This document shows positions 10,619 through 16,226 of a DNA stretch of 16,226 bases, in pieces. How positions within the stretch are numbered: the first letter of the stretch is position 1; each line of letters starts with the position of its first letter. Origin of the DNA: Ignavibacteriota bacterium (lineage in GTDB: Bacteria > Bacteroidota > Ignavibacteria > UBA10030 > CAVZMI01); assembly GCA_963776275.1 (NCBI GenBank), contig CAVZMI010000022.1, positions 1 through 16,226 on the forward strand, read 5' to 3'. Under the pieces are notes generated by a model. That model ran no database searches, was not told where the DNA came from, and saw only the letters and a list, made by a program, of their open reading frames with translations. Position numbers and translations under genes: made by a program.

Positions 10619-10735
10619 TATACTCATATAAGTACACGCACAATCGGGAAGATAAAAAGTCCACTTGATTCATTGGTAGAGGAGTTACCAAGAGAAGAAA
10701 AAGAAAATAAACTTTATCTGCCTAATACAGATTAA
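10352..10735 (+). CDS. GIY-YIG nuclease (89 codons) fused in frame to the displaced recombinase C-terminal tail
   Basis: FVYVLQS...FYVGFT.DL.KR..EH.EG...ST..R.PL.LVYYE...A..REKYLK...LTG, then YTHIST...SPLD. Confidence 0.85.
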   Translation: MIAIQYYFVYVLQSMKDGFFYVGFTRDLNKRMTEHDEGKVFSTKHRQPLVLVYYEGSLSQKDATRREKYLKTAWGKRYIKNRLKDNLTGYTHISTRTIGKIKSPLDSLVEELPREEKENKLYLPNTD

Positions 10736-10750
10736 AAAAATAATTACGCA

Positions 10751-10776
10751 ATATAGCGTCTATACAGATGTTAGTT
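10751..10776 (+). other. Putative attI-like site (crossover G|TT at 10770/10771)
   Basis: GTTAGTTGCAAGCGC (10770-10784) is 14/15 complementary to GCGCCTGCAACTAAC (12821-12835) at the first attC. No hairpin arm lies upstream of it. Confidence 0.65.
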
Positions 10777-11218
10777 GCAAGCGCCGCCAGAAAGTTATTA
10801 AAAGAGTGGTTGCGACTTGTTGGCGCGCGGCAATGCTGGAACACTTAACATGAGACCTGATAAATTCGTGGAGGATTTTTATCAAGGGCAATCAATGAAG
10901 AGACGAGTTGGTATCTCCGTGGCGACCGTTGCTTACCATGGCGCCGATGACCAAGCTGTTCCAAAGGTGTCAGTCAAGGTCATCTTTAGCCGCAGTTCCG
11001 GTCTCGGAGTAAATCAGACAGAAAAAGGCAGAATATGAAGAGAAAGTTACCGTTCCTTTTACTATTCGGTTTTCTAATCGCGGGCTGCTACTCATCGAAG
11101 TTCGCAACATATCAATCGCCGTGTGCAACTAGTGAGACTTGGCAGGTCAGAGTTGAGAAATCGGGACTATATCCAGCTATCAAGGTAATAGTCAATGATT
11201 CAACCGTAATAACTAAAT

Positions 11219-12364
11219 TGTATTATTAAGGAGATGTGTTTACACACATCAGTTAACTGTTCTTTGAAATGAAGGTCATTGGAAGGACCTTCGAGTTGTC
11301 GTATACTTGTGTCTGGATAGGACACAAGGACAACCGGGAGATCTCCAATGACCACAGACGATCTGATCATTAACCAGCGTCGATCGTTATTAATCTACGC
11401 TGAACGTCACGGTGTGAGCCAAGCATGCCGTACTTTTGGGATGAGCCGAACGAGCTTCTACAAAATAAAAGCACAGTTCATCAAAACAGGGTCATTAGCT
11501 CCAAAGGTACGACGAAAGCCTAAAATGCCCAATGAGATGGCACTGAGCAAGAAAAAACTCTTACTAGAACTCGTCCAAGAACATCCAGCATGGGGACCAC
11601 GACGATATGCCTATATTTTTCAACAGCAAGGCATTTCCGTTACTCATGTGGCGCTCTGGTACCACCTAAAGCGTTTTGGTCTGAATCGTCGCTATCAACG
11701 ATTGGTCTATCTTGAACGTGCTCGTATGGACAACCGACCATTGACCGAACAAACGTTACGCGTGATGAAACGTCAGATCAACAAAGTCAATGAAGGACTC
11801 TGGCCGGGGCATATTGTCGCTCTAGATACCTTTTACGTGGGTCATCTCAAGCGTGTTGGACGAATCTACCAGATCTCTGGTATTGATCTGTGCTCTCGCT
11901 ATGGCTGGGCAAAACTCTACACTCGTAAAGATCAATCAGCAACGATCGATTTGGTCGAAAATGTGCTTATCCCGAAGTTCTACGACAACGGTATCAATCT
12001 CGAGTATGTACTGACGGATAATGGCACTGAGTTCACCGGCAGTCAATTCCAGCGTATGCTTGCTGCTTATGATATCAAGCACAATCGAATACCCAAAGGC
12101 AAGCCGATCCTTAATGGCACCTGTGAACGTTTTCAAAGAACAATCCTGGAAGAGTTCTATCAACCAATGTTCCGTACTCGATTCTTCAATTCTCTTCCAG
12201 AGTTACAACAAGCTCTTGATAAATATTTATGGTATTATAATTTTCAACGTGCTCACTTCGGACTAGCTAAAAAAGGGGCTATTCCGATTGATGTATTTAA
12301 ATCTAAACATAGTGCTTTACGACAACAATTTCAAAAACTGTTAACTTGACTCTTTAGCAGTACA
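11219..12364 (+). mobile_element. IS481-family insertion sequence (1146 bp), 7-bp target duplication ACTAAAT
   Basis: Ends are TGTATTATTAAGGAG and CTCTTTAGCAGTACA (11/15 inverted match). ACTAAAT occurs at 11212-11218 and 12365-12371. Confidence 0.88.
11348..12349 (+). CDS. IS481-family DDE transposase
   Basis: N-terminal HTH (VSQACRTFGMSRTSFYK), then PG.IVALDTFYVG, LTDNGTEF, NGTCERFQRT..EEF and YNFQRAH. Confidence 0.9.
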   Translation: MTTDDLIINQRRSLLIYAERHGVSQACRTFGMSRTSFYKIKAQFIKTGSLAPKVRRKPKMPNEMALSKKKLLLELVQEHPAWGPRRYAYIFQQQGISVTHVALWYHLKRFGLNRRYQRLVYLERARMDNRPLTEQTLRVMKRQINKVNEGLWPGHIVALDTFYVGHLKRVGRIYQISGIDLCSRYGWAKLYTRKDQSATIDLVENVLIPKFYDNGINLEYVLTDNGTEFTGSQFQRMLAAYDIKHNRIPKGKPILNGTCERFQRTILEEFYQPMFRTRFFNSLPELQQALDKYLWYYNFQRAHFGLAKKGAIPIDVFKSKHSALRQQFQKLLT

Positions 12365-12828
12365 ACTAAATCGGTCCCTGTTTTTGATTGGAAAGGGATC
12401 AATGCAACTGGAACTTATAGCGGCCACAGCGTCGAACTGATGGTGACCTACAATAGCGGATTCCTTGGGATCGGCTCATACTACAATGCGATTGTAACGA
12501 TTGACAATAAATTCTTTGTAGGACAATTTATGCTCCCGACAATAAATCTATGCACCGACTGAAAAAATCTCACGAAAATGACCGGCCGAAATATTTGGAA
12601 CCGCGGTGGAATGAACGATGAGACTATGATATTGCGCATGGGTCGTCATCCCAAGCGTGCGGCAGTCACGAGGAAGCAGTCAATTGTTCGGAAAGTTCAA
12701 CGTGTCCTTAGCGTCTGCAGTATGCCACGATTGGCAAGAGAACTGGCAAGGCACTGCCACCATGGAGAACGCGCGCCAACTGTCCGGATTGATCCCTTTG
12801 GGAAAAGGGCAGTGGAAGCGGCGCCTGC

Positions 12829-12945
12829 AACTAACATGCGGCAACACGACGCTCGCCGTTTCATATTCAAGGTGCTCGCTCCATGCCGCCGTCATTTCAT
12901 GTTTCATGGAATGGCGGCACGGCGTGTTGCCGCAGTACGTTAAGC
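12829..12945 (+). other. attC-like recombination site 1 (117 bp)
   Basis: AACTAAC-A-TGCGGCAACACG...CGTGTTGCCGCA-GTAC-GTTAAGC. Confidence 0.8.
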
Positions 12946-13025
12946 GCAATGCCCGCGGCGAAAGCAGTCGTTGAAATGGCGCGAGTTGAAATCGTGAAGT
13001 GTAGTGAAGTGCCGCGGTCACAAGC

Positions 13026-13161
13026 GCATAACACGCAAAAACACGTCGCTGGGAATGGCGTGAAGAGAAAAGCCGCGCTCAACCCCGCGCCGGAGCTGAA
13101 AATAAATTGGTCATTTGCAATCAACCGTCGCGGGGTTGCGTGTTTTTGCGGGACGTTATGT
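13026..13161 (+). other. attC-like recombination site 2 (136 bp)
   Basis: GCATAAC-A-CGCAAAAACACG...CGTGTTTTTGCG-GGAC-GTTATGT. Confidence 0.8.
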
Positions 13162-13200
13162 GAAATGCACCTATTCAACAAACAATAAAAGGAGTAAATC

Positions 13201-14001
13201 ATGATGAAACGCATATGGCTATACGTCTGTCCCATTGTCTGTCAGCTCGTGCTGATTAGCTTTTTCGCATTCGGGCAGGAGGCGATGATCGATGTGGTGT
13301 ACCTCAAGGATGGGAGTATTATCCGCGGGGTCATCATCGAGCAGGTGCCGAACAAATCGATCAAGATCCAGACACGCGACGGCAACGTCTTCGTATATCA
13401 AATAGATCAGATCGATAGGATCACTAAAGAACGAAGCGGGGATGTTGTCGTTACTGAGAGATCGAGACCGATTGGAAATGCTGTCCTGATGAATCCATTG
13501 GGATTTCTCCAATTTGGCCCCATTGTTGATCTCGATTTCCGGGTCGGTCCAAACACACAGGTGGGCGGGCAGCTTCGCTTCTCCGGCTTGGGCCTTTTGT
13601 ACCACCTCGTCGCGTCTGGGGGATACACCGAGGCTGATGAAGTCTTGATGTCAAGCATGGCGGTTGGTGCCGGAGTGAAGTACTTCTTTGAAAACCCAGA
13701 CTCGCCACATCGCCTGTACGTCGGCGGTGTGTTTGAGTACGGGTGGGGCGGTACGAGGGGAAGTATCGGCTACACAGACGAATGGGAAGGATCACATCAG
13801 TACTGGGACATCCTGACCAACTTTGGCTACCGGTGGCGCTTCCCCTCAAACATTTTCATTAACGTTGGGATTCTCACCGGTGCTGCCAATACAACGCAGA
13901 GCGAGTGGTGGTTCATTCGGACCCCGGGTCAGAAAAAGGAGGGGACTAAGAAGATGGTGTTTGTTATTATGGCCGAAGTTTCATTCGGCTTAGAATTCTG
14001 A
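13201..14001 (+). CDS. Cassette 3 gene: exported protein with a small N-terminal domain and a predicted beta-barrel
   Basis: RBS AAAGGAG, signal peptide, a DVVYLKDGSIIRGVIIEQ domain, amphipathic strands and a terminal ...SFGLEF. Confidence 0.8.
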   Translation: MMKRIWLYVCPIVCQLVLISFFAFGQEAMIDVVYLKDGSIIRGVIIEQVPNKSIKIQTRDGNVFVYQIDQIDRITKERSGDVVVTERSRPIGNAVLMNPLGFLQFGPIVDLDFRVGPNTQVGGQLRFSGLGLLYHLVASGGYTEADEVLMSSMAVGAGVKYFFENPDSPHRLYVGGVFEYGWGGTRGSIGYTDEWEGSHQYWDILTNFGYRWRFPSNIFINVGILTGAANTTQSEWWFIRTPGQKKEGTKKMVFVIMAEVSFGLEF

Positions 14002-14153
14002 TGGTATGCAAGAAGTCGGTCGACATACCGTTATTTGAGATGGTCGAACAGATGAAGGGTTAGCAGCTAGTGTAAATTACTTTTATCAAGTAAAAGTCGG
14101 CGAAAATATTGAGACGAAGAAGATGTTGCTCATTCGATAAATAGGTGCACTTC

Positions 14154-14291
14154 ACATAACACCGAAAACTATGACGTTCACTTTTTTATATAGAAATTAT
14201 TGAGTTCACTCCACCCCGTTGCTCACGTTTTGGTTGCTTCGCTCTTTTGAGAGTTCGCAACGGGGCGGCATAGTTTTCGGAGACGTTATGC
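14154..14291 (+). other. attC-like recombination site 3 (138 bp)
   Basis: ACATAAC-A-CCGAAAACTATG...CATAGTTTTCGG-AGAC-GTTATGC. Confidence 0.8.
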
Positions 14292-14331
14292 GCAATTGCC
14301 CTTTGGCCATAAAACGAAATGATGGAGTATT

Positions 14332-16226
14332 ATGAATGCACTTCGTTTGTTCATATTTATATTTTTCTTACTGCTTCTTCAGAGAGAGACAATTCTCGCT
14401 CAATGGCGGCAAACAAATGGACCCGGTGGTAGAGCTGTTTATGCGCTTGCCGTTTCCCCCAAAGGGGCAGGCGGAACGAATCTTTTTGCCGGGACAGGTT
14501 GCGGTGTCTTTCTTTCCACCAACAACGGCAGTAGTTGGACTGCTGCGAGTACCGGCTTGACAAACACTACTTCTGTCCATGCTCTTGCCGTTTCCGGCAC
14601 GAATCTTTTTGCCGGAACCGACGGATATGGCGTTTCTCTTTCCACCAACAACGGCAGTAGTTGGACTGCTGCGAGTACCGGCTTGACGAACACTATTGTC
14701 CATGCTCTTGCCGTCTGCGGTACGAATCTCATTGCCGGGACTGATGGCGGTGTTTTTCTTTCCACGAACAACGGCACAAGTTGGACTGCGGTCAATACCG
14801 GCTTGACGAACACTACGACTGTCTATGCTTTTGCTGTCTCCGGCACGAATCTCTTTGCCGGGACTGATGGCGGTGTTTTTCTTTCCACGAACAACGGTAC
14901 AAATTGGACAACGGCGAATGCCGGCTTAATGGGTAGTGTCAATGCTTTTGCCGTCTCTGGCACGAATCTCTTTGCCGGGACTAATTTCGGCGTTTTCCTT
15001 TCCACGAACAACGGCGCGAGCTGGACTGCAGTCGGCTTAACAAACTATGCTAATGTCTATGCTCTTGCCGTCTCCGACACGAATCTCTTTGCCGGGACTG
15101 ATCGCGGCGTATATCTTTCTACCGATAACGGCATAGATTGGAGTGTCGTAAATAACGGCTTGACAAACACTACTCATGTCAATTCGCTTGCCGTCTCTGA
15201 GACGAATATCTTTGCTGGTACTGGCGGAGTTAACGGAGTTGGTGGTGTCTTTTTTTCCACGGACAACGGCACAAGTTGGACTGCGGTTAATACCGGGTTG
15301 ACGAGCACTACGGCTGTCTATGCTCTTGCCGTCTCCGACACGAATCTCTTTGCCGGGACTTCTGCCGGCGGTATTTTTCTTTCCACGAACAACGGCACAA
15401 ATTGGACTACGGTTAATACCGGCTTGACGAGCACTATTGTCTATGCTTTTGCCGTCTGCGGCACGAATCTCTTTGCCGGGACAGATGGCGGTGTTTTTCT
15501 TTCCACGAACAACGGCACAAGTTGGACTGCGGTTAATACCGGCTTGACGTACCATACAGATGTCGATGCTTTTGCTGTTTCCGGCACGAATCTCTTTGCC
15601 GGAACTGAGAGCATTCCCTCCGGTGTATTTCTTTCCCCGGACAACGGCGCGAGTTGGAGTGCAACCGGTTTAACGAACACTGCTGTCTATGCTCTTGCAG
15701 TAACTCCCTACGGCGCAGGCGGCACAAATCTTTTTGCAGGGACTCCTGGTGGCGATATCTATCTTTCCATCGACAATGGATCAACCTGGAGTGCAGTCAA
15801 TATCGGCTTGACGAACACTGCTGTCTATGCTCTTGCAGTAACTCCCTACGGCGCAGGCGGCACGAATCTCTTTGCCGGGACTAATGCCGGCGGGGTCTTT
15901 CTTTCCACCGACAACGGCACAAGCTGGACCGCAATCAATAATGGTTTGACAAACACTTCTGTTCGTACTTTTGCCGTCTCCGGCAGGAATCTCTTTGCCG
16001 GGACTACTGGCGGCGTTTTTCTTTCCACGAATAACGGCACAAGCTGGACTGATGTCAGTTCAGGATTGACCTTCATTGATCTTCGTGCTCTTGCCGTTTC
16101 CGACACGTATCTTTTTGCCGGTACTCACGGTGGAGGCGACCTCTTAACGAAATGATTACATCAGTCCGACAAGTCCCAAATGAACCACCAAGACAATATT
16201 TTCTTGCACAGAACTACCCGAATCCA
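14332..16226 (+). CDS. Cassette 4 gene: secreted Asp-box/BNR beta-propeller protein with a frameshifted T9SS-type C-terminal domain (runs off the window)
   Basis: Signal peptide and 13 S-x-N/D-N-G-x-x-W repeats with GTNLFAGT. The ORF stops at 16155, but the frame from 16131 reads WRRPLNEMITSV...YFLAQNYPNP. Confidence 0.85.

Larger units (their letters stand above)
9512..10735 (+). pseudogene. Integron-like tyrosine recombinase (304 aa when reconstructed), interrupted at the catalytic Tyr codon
   Basis: N-terminal SAM-like domain (LKNYSSKTIKSY), LPDVL, YGSGLRVGE, GKHKKDR, HTLRHSFAT and LLGH..IKTTEIY. The C-terminus THISTRTIGKIKSPLD resumes at 10622. Confidence 0.9.
11035..12562 (+). pseudogene. 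Cassette 1 gene: hypothetical lipoprotein (124 aa reconstructed) interrupted by the IS481-family element
   Basis: Lipobox LIAGC. Removing the IS and one ACTAAAT gives ...TVITKSVPVFDWKGINATG...FVGQFMLPTINLCTD*. Confidence 0.8.

Noticed and set aside
10817-11038. 73-aa ORF at the start of cassette 1
   Set aside because: It has a TTG start, no clear RBS and no recognisable motif. It cannot be supported, though it is not excluded.
12578-13235. Several overlapping 100-120 aa ORFs
   Set aside because: They run across GC-rich attC-like hairpins on both strands, so they are likely spurious.
13081-14265. CCCCG...CGGGG inner stems of attC2 and attC3 as relatives of the GIY-YIG element TIRs
   Set aside because: Only 5-6 bp are shared, there are no TA flanks, and attC1 uses a different stem. 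Probably coincidence.
14357-16106. Antisense and alternate-frame repetitive ORFs, or a DGR-like template/variable repeat pair
   Set aside because: These are shadows of the repetitive propeller gene. No reverse transcriptase is present and no adenine-specific variation is apparent.

Overview
Bacterial DNA, probably from a Bacteroidota/Ignavibacteria-like organism (inferred from T9SS-type 'QNYPNP' cargo and beta-barrel genes). The left ~9.4 kb is mostly core genes: an MBL-fold hydrolase, an MltD-like LysM lytic transglycosylase, mnmA and an HhH/beta-barrel gene pair. Two small nuclease genes sit among them, each bracketed by palindromic repeats: a GIY-YIG gene beside a 174-bp x ~4.8 tandem array of alternating 50-bp hairpin units, and a frameshifted GxxExxY gene between ~30-bp inverted repeats. 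The right ~6.7 kb is an atypical integron-like system. Its tyrosine recombinase appears to lack the IntI-specific insertion and is co-oriented with at least four cassettes, which are delimited by three non-canonical attC-like hairpins sharing an AAC-A-[12-bp stem]...[stem]-NNAC-GTT architecture. The recombinase is interrupted at its catalytic Tyr codon by a 307-bp element with 11-bp perfect terminal inverted repeats and a TA duplication, whose only gene is a GIY-YIG nuclease. An IS481-family element interrupts the first cassette gene.
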